64,000 nucleotides of DNA from an uncultured Acidimicrobiales bacterium (lineage in GTDB: Bacteria > Actinomycetota > Acidimicrobiia > Acidimicrobiales > SZUA-35): positions 610,289-674,288 of the forward strand of contig CAWDNZ010000005.1 of the NCBI GenBank assembly GCA_963803845.1, read 5' to 3'. The notes beneath the pieces are model-generated. The model had not been told where the DNA came from. It was given only the letters and a program-made list of their open reading frames with translations, and did no database searches. This document shows, piece after piece, positions 35,937 through 45,104 of the stretch (position 1 is the first letter of the stretch; each line of letters opens with the position of its first letter). Position numbers and translations under genes: made by a program.

Positions 35937-37135
35937 GCGGTCACCGGGCCGATTCGGATCTGGCGATCGGCGCTGGCGATATCGGACTCGAGGTGGGTTG
36001 CGTGGATCACGTTGATTCCCGACTCGCTAGCTGCCCGTAGTGCGTTTCGGACCAGCTCCCTTCCATCGGGATCCAGCATGGCTGTGGTCTCATCGGAGAG
36101 CAAAAGCCTTGGTTTGCGAATGAGAGCAGCAGCGATCGCCAAGCGCTGCTGCTCTCCACCGGAGAGGGTGTCGGTTTCGCGCTGGTCGAACCCCGCCAAT
36201 CCGACCGCGGCCAACGAGGAACGAAGCGTCTCCAACGGCGGGACTGACTTCAATCCCCATGCCAGGTCGTCCAAAACACGAGTACCGAGTATCTGGTTGT
36301 CCGGTCGTTGTCCGATCCATGCGATACCGCCGCGTTCTCCGAGAACGCCGGGGTCGGCGACTGCAACAGCCCGCAAGAGGGTAGATTTTCCAGCTCCGTT
36401 GGGCCCGGTGACGGCCACGAAGCCGGTTGCGTTTTGAACGGCCAGGACCGACTCCGGCGAGGGAACGGGCCGTTTCGAAGGCTCGGTTCGAACCGACCGG
36501 TCGACCCGTTTGATGGTGGGACCGCCGAGCCGGGAGATCAGAAAGGCGACAATTATCGAGAAGACGAGTTGGCTGGCCGGAAGCGAGAAATACCACTTTT
36601 CGATGCTCCAGACCACGATGGGATCGAGAAAGTCTGCCGCTGAGCCGAGTCCAACCCGATGGAGAACTCGACTGCTTCCGGTCCATTGAATCGCCGCCGC
36701 CTCCAGGTTGAGACGACGAAATCCGGAGAAGGTCACGAGGATTCCGAGGCTCAGCGCCGTGACCACCGTCCACCCGAAGGCAACGGCCGCAACCGATGTT
36801 CGGAAACCACCCCAGCCGTGGGCGTAGGCCCGCCCGGACACACCGCCGAAGATCGCCATCACCAACACCTGAGTAGCGGCGGCAAAGCCGGTGAGTAGGA
36901 ATGCCAAAACCACACTGATCCAGAAACTGACCACGAGCACGTGGCGCCGATGTCGCATAGCGAGAACGGCGAAGGGAATGGCTCCCAAAACGGTGGTGAG
37001 ATACGCGAACGGGGTCAGCCGAGCGATGATCACAACGCCGACCGCAAGGTCCGCCATGACCGCAGCCTCGGCTAGTTCAGTTGGAGAAAGCCGCTTGGCC
37101 AGCGTTCGAGCGATAGATAAGCCTGCCATCTCCAA
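35933..37135 (-). CDS. fusion of a ~215 aa polytopic membrane domain and an ABC/ECF ATPase domain
   Basis: The N-terminus has about 5-6 hydrophobic helices. The C-terminus has VTGPNGAGKSTLLRAV, LSGGEQQRLAIAAAL and LLSDETTAMLD. The start is uncertain because it lies only 7 nt from the divergent plsC start. Confidence 0.85.
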   Translation of the reverse strand: MEMAGLSIARTLAKRLSPTELAEAAVMADLAVGVVIIARLTPFAYLTTVLGAIPFAVLAMRHRRHVLVVSFWISVVLAFLLTGFAAATQVLVMAIFGGVSGRAYAHGWGGFRTSVAAVAFGWTVVTALSLGILVTFSGFRRLNLEAAAIQWTGSSRVLHRVGLGSAADFLDPIVVWSIEKWYFSLPASQLVFSIIVAFLISRLGGPTIKRVDRSVRTEPSKRPVPSPESVLAVQNATGFVAVTGPNGAGKSTLLRAVAVADPGVLGERGGIAWIGQRPDNQILGTRVLDDLAWGLKSVPPLETLRSSLAAVGLAGFDQRETDTLSGGEQQRLAIAAALIRKPRLLLSDETTAMLDPDGRELVRNALRAASESGINVIHATHLESDIASADRQIRIGPVTA

Positions 37136-37142
37136 AGCCTGA

Positions 37143-37961
37143 TTGAATACTCATGTGACCAAATCTCGCCTCCGGAGACGATGGACAAACCAAAAGGACC
37201 GCCCTCGACCGATTCCTGGGGATGCGGGCGCTCTACGGGATTGGGCCTATGCGGTTGGCGACCGCCGGTCGTCAGTGGTGCTGTACCGGGTGGTGCGGCG
37301 GTTTGCTCGCCTCCTGCTGCACCCCTATTTGAGGGTCGATGTCCGCAATGCCGGAGCGTTGGACCGGCCGGGTCCTTTGGTCGTTGCCCCCGTCCACAGG
37401 AGCCACCTGGACTCGGTACTGGTGGCCACCGTCTGCCGGCGACGGTTGCGCGCCCTCGGCAAGGAAAGTCTCTTTGTCAGACATGGGATCCGGTACCTCT
37501 GTTCGGCCCTCGGTGCAATACCGGTAAAACGGGGCACCGCCGATCGGGAAGCGCTGAAAGCAGCCAAACAGCTCTTGGACCGGGGTGAGGCGTTGTTCGT
37601 CTTCCCCGAAGGAGCTCGGATCTCGCCTTCAGCAGCCAAAAAGAAGCCCGGTTCCGCCCGGGCCGCAATCGACACCGTGCAGCCGCTCTATGACGGAGCC
37701 GCCTGGTTGGCCGCCCGGACCCAGGCGCCGGTTGTGCTCGTGGGGATAGCCGGCACGGCCGCGGCGTTGAGCGCCGGCTCCAAGCGATTGCATCGAACAA
37801 CCGTGCGGATCGTCGTCGGTGATCCGATCGATCCGCCTCAGGGGACCGATGGTGCGCGGGCATCCCGCCAACAGTTGGCCGATTTCACCGAATCGTTGGC
37901 GAGACGGCTTCAGGACCTGCAGGACGAGGCCGTGCGCTGGGCTAACGACGAATCCGCATGA
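37143..37961 (+). CDS. plsC: 1-acyl-sn-glycerol-3-phosphate acyltransferase
   Basis: HxxxxD motif VHRSHLDS and motif III FVFPEGARI. The start codon is uncertain (TTG 37143, GTG 37155 or GTG ~37275). Confidence 0.85.
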   Translation: MNTHVTKSRLRRRWTNQKDRPRPIPGDAGALRDWAYAVGDRRSSVVLYRVVRRFARLLLHPYLRVDVRNAGALDRPGPLVVAPVHRSHLDSVLVATVCRRRLRALGKESLFVRHGIRYLCSALGAIPVKRGTADREALKAAKQLLDRGEALFVFPEGARISPSAAKKKPGSARAAIDTVQPLYDGAAWLAARTQAPVVLVGIAGTAAALSAGSKRLHRTTVRIVVGDPIDPPQGTDGARASRQQLADFTESLARRLQDLQDEAVRWANDESA

Positions 37962-38872
37962 GTTTTGCTGAACTCGTGGTGCTCGGGACCGCGTCCCAGG
38001 CCCCCACTCGTCATCGCAATCACAACGGCTATGCGCTGCGGTGGGGCGAACAGATGGTTTTTTTCGATCCCGGCGAAGGCTTTCAACGCCAGTGCACGAT
38101 CGCAGGCATCGCTATCGCCCGGGGCGACGCAGTGTGCCTCACCCATTTCCACGGTGATCATTGCCTGGGGCTCCCAGGGCTCATCGCTCGACGAGGGATG
38201 GACCGCTGCACTGAGCCACTCCAGGTTTTCTATCCGGCCGACGGTGAGCAGTACTACGAACGCCTCCGCACCTGCACCGCGGGCCTCATGCAACCACTGC
38301 TGGAGCCGCATCCCGTCACAGCCGGGTCGTCGCTGCTCCGGGCGGGGAATGTGGGCGATCTCGCTGTAGAAGTGGCGGCGCTGGAACACCGAATCAGCAC
38401 ACAGGGGTATCGCATCAGCAGCCCGAGCGGCCGTCGCTTCATCCCTGAGCGGTTGGACGCGGCGGGATTGGCGGGCCCGATCGTGGGTCAGCTCATGAAA
38501 CACGGCGCTGTCGATGGCCCGCACGGTCGGGTGGAGCTGGCCCAGGTGACCGAGGAGGCTCCGGGGCGGAGCTTCGCCTTCGTCATGGACACCCGAACTT
38601 GCCGAGGTGCGGAACTTCTGGCCCGGGGAGTGGACATGCTCGTTTGCGAGAGCACGTTTCTGGAATCAGAGCGCAGCCTTGCCGATTCTTATGCGCACAT
38701 GACCGCAGCCGACGCAGGTCGACTCGCCGCTGCGGCGGGCGCCAAGAGACTCGTCCTCACGCATTTTTCGGCTCGGTACAGCAACATGGCAGCGTTCGCG
38801 GCGGAGGCGGGCGAGTTCCATGGAGATGTAGTGGTCGCCGAAGACTTTGACAGGATTCCGTTTCCGGCGTGA
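37958..38872 (+). CDS. rnz: ribonuclease Z
   Basis: ..LVVLGTASQAPTRHRNHNGYALRWGEQMVFFDPGEG.. and HFHGDHCLGLPGLI. 304 aa. Confidence 0.9.
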   Translation: MSFAELVVLGTASQAPTRHRNHNGYALRWGEQMVFFDPGEGFQRQCTIAGIAIARGDAVCLTHFHGDHCLGLPGLIARRGMDRCTEPLQVFYPADGEQYYERLRTCTAGLMQPLLEPHPVTAGSSLLRAGNVGDLAVEVAALEHRISTQGYRISSPSGRRFIPERLDAAGLAGPIVGQLMKHGAVDGPHGRVELAQVTEEAPGRSFAFVMDTRTCRGAELLARGVDMLVCESTFLESERSLADSYAHMTAADAGRLAAAAGAKRLVLTHFSARYSNMAAFAAEAGEFHGDVVVAEDFDRIPFPA

Positions 38873-38934
38873 GCCCAAGCGGTTTAAGGTCTGGGGCCTT
38901 TCAAGTCTGATCCGGATCTCGTCGATACAACTAC

Positions 38935-40062
38935 GTGCCAACGATTGACATTCACGGCTTCATCGATCCGTCAACCCCACTGGATCCAGCGGCTAAACGC
39001 GTGCTGGCAGCTCGAGAGGTCAACCGATTCGGCCCGACTCCGGGAACAGCGGAAGCCCCCGATCTCGTTGGCTGGACCGACACCGTTCGGTCGCATTTCG
39101 CAGGCCTTCAAAATGAGACGGCACGGGAAATACTGGAGTGCGTGCTGGACCCGCTCTATACCCGGTGGGAACGTCCGGCCACTGCAGACCATCGTGGTGA
39201 AGTGTGGATAGAGGTTGGTCCGGCTGGGGCGGATATGCCGGACCGGATCCACGCAATTCGGAACTGCCACGAGGTGTTGCCTGGCACGCCGACCAAGCGC
39301 GCCCGCAACACGATCTGGCACCTGACCGAGGGCCGGACTACGTGTCCGGCCTGCGTTGGGGATCCCGGCATGAGGGCTGCGGCCGCAATACGTGGTCTGG
39401 ATCGGCATCGCGTAAACATCAGGACCGACGTGTTGTTCACGCTGTTCGAGCTGCAGCGCGGGGTCGTTCCATGGCCCGCCGTCCAGCGGTTGGCCAACCG
39501 GACACCGGCACGATGGCGGCCTCGTCACGGCGACGGTTTCATCGACTCCGGCAATCCGGAGCAGTGGCCAGCGGACCCGATCGCTACAGCGACGGTGGAG
39601 CTGGCGGTTGCTGTTGGACAGGCGACCGGGCAGCATCTCGGCGCATTGTGGGATGCCGCCATGATCGAGGTGTTGGCAGGAGCCGCGACCCAGGCAGAGT
39701 CGACGCGTCTCCGGCGCAAAGCGTCGTCTGCCCTCGAGTTCGCGCTTCAGGGCCATACCTGGGAAGAGCTCTCGGGTGCGGTCGCGTCCGAGCTCGACAC
39801 CAAATTGACCAGGAAGTCTTCGGTGGAGAAGAAGGTGGCGGTCGTGTTGGCCGAATTCGAGCCACGGATAGCAACGCTGGTGGCCACAGAATTGGAGGCT
39901 TTGGAGACGCCTGGGCAATCCTTCAGTGATTGGTCTGTCGAACTGACACGGGACACCGCAGCCAACAGCGATCTGGTGGAGTCCCGAATGGCGATGGCGT
40001 GGTATGGCGGCCCCGTGCCGGAGGTCGTTCTGCGGACACTGCGGGCGTTTCCCCGGCGCTAG
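38935..40062 (+). CDS. hypothetical protein (orphan)
   Basis: 375 aa GTG-start ORF filling the rnz to acyl-CoA ligase gap. It reads more protein-like than the overlapping 532 aa minus-strand ORF. No motif recognised. Confidence 0.5.
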   Translation: MPTIDIHGFIDPSTPLDPAAKRVLAAREVNRFGPTPGTAEAPDLVGWTDTVRSHFAGLQNETAREILECVLDPLYTRWERPATADHRGEVWIEVGPAGADMPDRIHAIRNCHEVLPGTPTKRARNTIWHLTEGRTTCPACVGDPGMRAAAAIRGLDRHRVNIRTDVLFTLFELQRGVVPWPAVQRLANRTPARWRPRHGDGFIDSGNPEQWPADPIATATVELAVAVGQATGQHLGALWDAAMIEVLAGAATQAESTRLRRKASSALEFALQGHTWEELSGAVASELDTKLTRKSSVEKKVAVVLAEFEPRIATLVATELEALETPGQSFSDWSVELTRDTAANSDLVESRMAMAWYGGPVPEVVLRTLRAFPRR

Positions 40063-40116
40063 TCTTCCGCCCGATCCCATGGGGCGGAGTTTCCGGCCTT
40101 CACCTACTGTTGGGGC

Positions 40117-41769
40117 ATGGAAACCGAATCCTCGCCGAGTCACACGATCGGAGCGACAACGCCGGCGCTCCTGAACGAAACGATCGGTCAGAACCTCGCC
40201 AGAACCGTGGAAGAACACGGCGACCGTGAAGCACTGGTCGTCCTTCAACAAGGCATCCGTTGGACCTACCGGGAATTCTGGGAGCAGGTAGAGCTCGTCG
40301 CCCGGGGACTCCTCGCGAGGGGCTTTCAGACTGGAGATCGGATAGGAATCTGGGCGCCAAACGTGAGCGAGTGGATTCTTGTGCAATACGCCACCGCACG
40401 GTTGGGGATCATTCAGGTCAGCATCAATCCGGCCTATCGAACTCACGAGGTGGCCTATGTTCTGAACCAGTCGGGCTGCAAAGGGCTGGTGGCGGCCACC
40501 GCCTTCAAGACCTCGGACTATGAAGGAATGATCAAGGAGATACGACCTGATGTTCCGGCGCTGGAACACGTGATCTTTCTCGACACCTCTGATTGGGATG
40601 ACTTGGTGGCGGGTGCGAGCACCGTGGAACCTGCGGCGGTGGCCACGATCGAGGCAACTCTGTCACCGGAGGATCCGATCAACATCCAATACACCTCCGG
40701 CACCACCGGTTTCCCCAAGGGCGCAACCTTGAGCCACAGGAATGTGCTGAACAACGGGTTCTTTGTGGCTGAGGCCTGCGGCTACACCCATGAAGACCGA
40801 GTGCTTGTTCCGGTGCCGCTTTATCACTGCTTCGGGCAGGTGATGGGAAACCTCGGCTGCACCACCCACGGGGCGGCCGTGATCTACCCGGCGCCGTCAT
40901 TCGAGCCTCTCGCGACCCTGAAAGCCATACAGGAGGAGCGGGCCACCAGCCTTTACGGCGTACCCACCATGTTTATCGCCCAACTCGCAGAGGAGTCGTT
41001 CGCATCCTTCGACACGTCCAGCCTCCGCACCGGGATCATGGCAGGTTCGCCTTGCCCTATCGAGGTGATGCGTAGCGCGATGAGCGAGATGAATATGGAA
41101 CAGGTCACCATCGCCTACGGAATGACCGAGACCTCGCCGGTGAGCACCCAAACCGCCACCGATGACCCCGTGGAAAAGCGAGTGGCAACCGTGGGTCGAG
41201 TGCAGCCTCACATCGAGATCAAGATCGTCGATGCCGAGACCGGAGCAACCGTGCCCCGTAACCACCCCGGCGAATTCTGCACGAAGGGCTATTCGGTGAT
41301 GTTGGGCTACTGGGAGGACCCCGAGAGGACGGCCGAGGCGATCGATGCCGAAGGGTGGATGCACACCGGCGACCTTGCCGTCATGGACGACGACGGCTAC
41401 GTCAACATCGTTGGCAGGATCAAGGATTTGGTGATTCGAGGCGGAGAAAACGTCTACCCCCGAGAGGTGGAGGAGTTCCTCTACTCCCACCCGGCGATCA
41501 AAGATGTACAGGTCATCGGGGTCCCCGATGAGAAGTACGGCGAGGAGATCATGGCGTGGGTACAGGTGGCCGAAGGCGCCACACTCACTTCTCAGGACGT
41601 TCGGGACTTCTGCCAGGGACGGATCGCCCACTACAAGATCCCTCGATACGTGGAGGTGATCGAGGAGTTTCCGATGACGGTGACAGGGAAGATCCAGAAG
41701 TTCAAGCTGAGGGATCAGGCGATCACCCAGCTTGGTCTCGAGGCGGCTGCATCGGTGGAAACCGCCTAG
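40117..41769 (+). CDS. AMP-dependent acyl-CoA synthetase/ligase
   Basis: AMP-binding signature [20 protein letters not shown] and ..[20 protein letters not shown]... 550 aa. Confidence 0.9.
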   Translation: METESSPSHTIGATTPALLNETIGQNLARTVEEHGDREALVVLQQGIRWTYREFWEQVELVARGLLARGFQTGDRIGIWAPNVSEWILVQYATARLGIIQVSINPAYRTHEVAYVLNQSGCKGLVAATAFKTSDYEGMIKEIRPDVPALEHVIFLDTSDWDDLVAGASTVEPAAVATIEATLSPEDPINIQYTSGTTGFPKGATLSHRNVLNNGFFVAEACGYTHEDRVLVPVPLYHCFGQVMGNLGCTTHGAAVIYPAPSFEPLATLKAIQEERATSLYGVPTMFIAQLAEESFASFDTSSLRTGIMAGSPCPIEVMRSAMSEMNMEQVTIAYGMTETSPVSTQTATDDPVEKRVATVGRVQPHIEIKIVDAETGATVPRNHPGEFCTKGYSVMLGYWEDPERTAEAIDAEGWMHTGDLAVMDDDGYVNIVGRIKDLVIRGGENVYPREVEEFLYSHPAIKDVQVIGVPDEKYGEEIMAWVQVAEGATLTSQDVRDFCQGRIAHYKIPRYVEVIEEFPMTVTGKIQKFKLRDQAITQLGLEAAASVETA

Positions 41770-41813
41770 ACGTCATGGAGGTGGGGCCAACCGCTCGCTT
41801 CTAGGATTGTGTT

Positions 41814-42473
41814 GTGCCCTCACCGATTCGAATTGACGTCTGGTCCGACATCGTCTGCCCCTGGTGCTACATCGGCAAACGTCGCCTTGAGGCTGGTCTG
41901 GTACTCGCCCGGCAAGATCACCCGGACATCGAGGCCGACCTCGTGTACCACGCATTCCAACTCGATCCCACCGCCAAGGTGGGGGAGGACCAGTTGGTGC
42001 AGGATGTCTATGAACGAAAGTTCGGTGGTCCGGAGCGGGCGGCCGAGATCATTGCCCATGTGACCAACGAGGCGGCGCAGGTGGGGCTGGATTTCCGGAT
42101 GGACATCGCCAAGCGGTCCAACACGATCCTGGGTCATCGATTGCTGGCGTTCGCCCTTTCGAAAGGACGGCAACCCGAACTCAAGGAGCGCCTGATGCAG
42201 GCGTATTTCACCGAAGGGGCTGCAATCGGTCAGCTCCCAGTGCTGCTCAAGCTCGTGGCCGATGTGGGCCTCGACCCTGCCGAAGCCAGTGCGTATCTGG
42301 AGGCCGATGGCGGGCAGGACGAAGTGGCCGCGGATCTTCGGGCTGCCGCTGACCACGAGATCACCGCCGTCCCCACCTACGTCTTCAACCAGGCCTACGC
42401 CGTTCCCGGAGCGCTCGACGCCGCCGCCTTCGCCAACGTCTTCACCAAACTTCACCAAGCACCTGAGGTCTGA
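41814..42473 (+). CDS. DsbA family (FrnE-like) thiol oxidoreductase
   Basis: ..IDVWSDIVCPWCYIGKRRLE.. (CPWC). Confidence 0.85.
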   Translation: MPSPIRIDVWSDIVCPWCYIGKRRLEAGLVLARQDHPDIEADLVYHAFQLDPTAKVGEDQLVQDVYERKFGGPERAAEIIAHVTNEAAQVGLDFRMDIAKRSNTILGHRLLAFALSKGRQPELKERLMQAYFTEGAAIGQLPVLLKLVADVGLDPAEASAYLEADGGQDEVAADLRAAADHEITAVPTYVFNQAYAVPGALDAAAFANVFTKLHQAPEV

Positions 42474-42476
42474 GAC

Positions 42477-43421
42477 GTGGATGTCCTTCTGGATTGCGAC
42501 CCGGGCCTCGATGATGCAGTTGCGATCGCTGTAGCCGCCCGATTCTCCAACCTGCTGGCCGTCACCACGGTAGGAGGCAACGTAGGGTTGGATCACACAA
42601 CGGCCAATGCGCTGGCCGTTCTGGATCTCTTGGGCCGAACCGATGTCCCGGTGCACTCGGGCCATGCTGAGACCGTTCGAGGCGAGACCCCGGTTCGGGC
42701 CACCGAGTTCCACGGCCGCACCGGCACGGGTGCGGTTGAGCTTCCCCCATCTGCGAGAACCCCGGACTCCGCCGATGCCGTCGCCTTCTTGGCCAAGACC
42801 ATTCGCTCCCACGACGGAGTTGAACCGCTGTGGCTGGTCGCTACCGGGCCTCTCACGAACGTTGCCTATCTCGCTACGTCCGCCCACGATGCGTTTGCCA
42901 AGTTGGATGGGATCTCGTGGATGGGCGGGAGCGCAACCTATGGCAACGCAACCCCCGGCGCCGAGTTCAATGCCTTCACCGATCCCGAGGCGGCCCAGAT
43001 CGTTTTCGCGGCCGGACACCCCAACCTGATCATGTCCGGTCTTCATCTCACGCACACCGTGCTCTTGGACCGGCGCTGGATCGATGCGTTCGCCGCCGAG
43101 GTTGCTGGATCCTCGGTTGCGGTGTTCGCAGAGATGTTGGACTACTACGAACGGAGCCAGCGGGCCATCACTACCATCCCCGGCGCCGCCGTCCACGATG
43201 CCGTTGCGGTAGCGGTCGCTACCCATCCTGAACTGTTTGATGCTCCGAGGTACGCCGTTGAGGTGGTGACCGATGCCGGACCGGCTCGTGGCATGACGCT
43301 GGTGGATCGGCGACCCCACCGTGTGAAAGCCCCCACCACCTGTTCGGTGGTCGATAGGGCCGACGCTGTGTCGGTGGCGGCGCTCATCCGGGAGTCGCTC
43401 TTGCCCCCTGGGTCGCACTGA
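42477..43421 (+). CDS. nucleoside hydrolase (inosine/uridine-preferring family)
   Basis: N-terminal DVLLDCDPGLDDAVAIAVA aspartate cluster. 314 aa. Confidence 0.9.
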   Translation: MDVLLDCDPGLDDAVAIAVAARFSNLLAVTTVGGNVGLDHTTANALAVLDLLGRTDVPVHSGHAETVRGETPVRATEFHGRTGTGAVELPPSARTPDSADAVAFLAKTIRSHDGVEPLWLVATGPLTNVAYLATSAHDAFAKLDGISWMGGSATYGNATPGAEFNAFTDPEAAQIVFAAGHPNLIMSGLHLTHTVLLDRRWIDAFAAEVAGSSVAVFAEMLDYYERSQRAITTIPGAAVHDAVAVAVATHPELFDAPRYAVEVVTDAGPARGMTLVDRRPHRVKAPTTCSVVDRADAVSVAALIRESLLPPGSH

Positions 43422-44278
43422 TGCCCACGATCTGTGTGGTGGGCAGCGCCAATCTTGACCTTGTGACCATCGTCGACCACATTCCTCGGGTCGGCGAGAC
43501 CGTGCTCGGTGGTGATGTGGAGCGCATCCCCGGCGGCAAGGGAGCCAATCAGGCGGTGGCCGCAGCCCGTAACGGAGGGGATGTCTACATGGTGGGAAGG
43601 GTTGGCGTAGATGAAGCCGGCCGGGTCCTCCGCCAATCTCTGGACGAGGCGGGGGTCAATACCGATCACCTGCTGGACACGCCGGGTTGCAGTTCGGGAA
43701 CCGCCCTCATCACGGTGCAATCCGATGGTGATAATGCGATCGTTGTGAGCCCTGGAGCCAACGCTCGATTGTCGGCCCAAGACGTTCAAGGGTCGGCATG
43801 GGTCGCCAACGCCGATGTGGTGCTCGCCCAGGCGGAGGTGCCACGGGAAGCCGTAGTCGCCGCCGCTTCAACTTGTGGCGGGCTTTTTGTGTGGAATGCC
43901 GCGCCGGTTCCGCCGTGGGCGGCTGAGGTGCTCCCGTTCGTGGAGGTGCTGGTGGTCAATGAATCGGAGCTACGAGCGGTGATGGGCAGCAACTCCATGC
44001 CCTCTGCCGATGAAATCGCGGTGTGGTCAACGGCCTCTGGGCTCGGTGCGGTGGTGATCACCCTCGGGTCAGAAGGGGCGCTTCTCATCAACGAGAGCGA
44101 AGGAACCCACGTCCCCGCCCCGGCGGTCAGAGTGGTGGACACCACCGGAGCCGGGGACGCTTTCTGCGGTGCGTTGGTGGTTCGGCTCGCAGCGCATCGG
44201 TCTGTTCCCACACTGGCTGACGTGGAATTTGCCGTGGCGGCCGGCACCGCGGCAACCCAGGTGCGAGGCGCCCGCTAG
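43421..44278 (+). CDS. rbsK: ribokinase
   Basis: ..VVGSANLDLV..GGKGANQAVAAAR.. and DTTGAGDAF. TGATG overlap with the nucleoside hydrolase gene. Confidence 0.9.
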   Translation: MPTICVVGSANLDLVTIVDHIPRVGETVLGGDVERIPGGKGANQAVAAARNGGDVYMVGRVGVDEAGRVLRQSLDEAGVNTDHLLDTPGCSSGTALITVQSDGDNAIVVSPGANARLSAQDVQGSAWVANADVVLAQAEVPREAVVAAASTCGGLFVWNAAPVPPWAAEVLPFVEVLVVNESELRAVMGSNSMPSADEIAVWSTASGLGAVVITLGSEGALLINESEGTHVPAPAVRVVDTTGAGDAFCGALVVRLAAHRSVPTLADVEFAVAAGTAATQVRGAR

Positions 44279-44320
44279 AAGTTGCGCGCACTAAAGAGTC
44301 GCAGCTGCGACGTTACAGCG

Positions 44321-45061
44321 TCAACGGGCGCCTGAGCAGTTGACCAGGGCCCCACTCACATAGCTGGCGGCATCGGAGGCCAGGAAGAGAATCGTCTCGG
44401 CAACTTCGTCGGGTCGGCCAGCCCGCTGCATCGGGATCCGAGGGGCTACCCGTTCCAGGCGATCACCCTCGTGAATGTCGGTGTCGATCGGCCCCGGCCG
44501 AACGGCGTTGACGCGGATTCCTTCGGTTGCCACCTCCACGGCCAACCCAATGGTCAGGGTGTCGATTGCTCCCTTGGATGCTGCGTAGTCGATGTACTCG
44601 TTGGCGCCACCCAGATAGGCGGCTGCGGAGGAGATGTTGACGATGGATCCACCGCTCCCACCGTGGCGGGTGGACATCACCTTCACCGCCTCGCGGGCGC
44701 ACAGGAACGCTCCAACGATGTTTACAGTCACGACCTCGGTCAGTCGGTCCACGCTGAAGTTTTCCAGCCGGTCCAGCTTGTGCAGAATGCCGGCGTTGTT
44801 CACCAGTACATCGGGGTGGCCGAACGCCTCCTGGCAGGCGCTGAACATGGCGAGGACATCCTGCTCCCTCCCGATGTTTCCGGCCATGGCCTCGGCGCCG
44901 ACCCCGTGGGAGCGGCACGCGGCAACAACGGATTGAGCGGCGGTGTCATTGCTTAGATAGTTGATGAAGACGTTGGCGCCGCGTTCTGCGGCCATCACGG
45001 CGGTTGCAGCGCCAATTCCCCTGCTGCCGCCGGTGATCAGGACCGTCTTTCCTTCGAGCAT
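44321..45061 (-). CDS. SDR family oxidoreductase
   Basis: TGGSRGIG, NNAG and Y-x3-K (YAASKGA). Confidence 0.9.
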   Translation of the reverse strand: MLEGKTVLITGGSRGIGAATAVMAAERGANVFINYLSNDTAAQSVVAACRSHGVGAEAMAGNIGREQDVLAMFSACQEAFGHPDVLVNNAGILHKLDRLENFSVDRLTEVVTVNIVGAFLCAREAVKVMSTRHGGSGGSIVNISSAAAYLGGANEYIDYAASKGAIDTLTIGLAVEVATEGIRVNAVRPGPIDTDIHEGDRLERVAPRIPMQRAGRPDEVAETILFLASDAASYVSGALVNCSGAR

Positions 45062-45104
45062 GAGTCGAATCTAGCCCTGCTGACGACGCAAGTAATCCCC
45101 GGAC

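Noticed and set aside
38971-40569. 532 aa minus-strand ORF
   Set aside because: Arg/Pro/Gly-rich with no motifs. It overlaps the well-supported acyl-CoA ligase start and the more protein-like plus-strand ORF. Typical high-GC antisense ORF.
41820-43418. 532 aa minus-strand ORF antisense to the DsbA and nucleoside hydrolase genes
   Set aside because: Both plus-strand genes have unambiguous family motifs, and the antisense translation is low-complexity Gly/Arg-rich.
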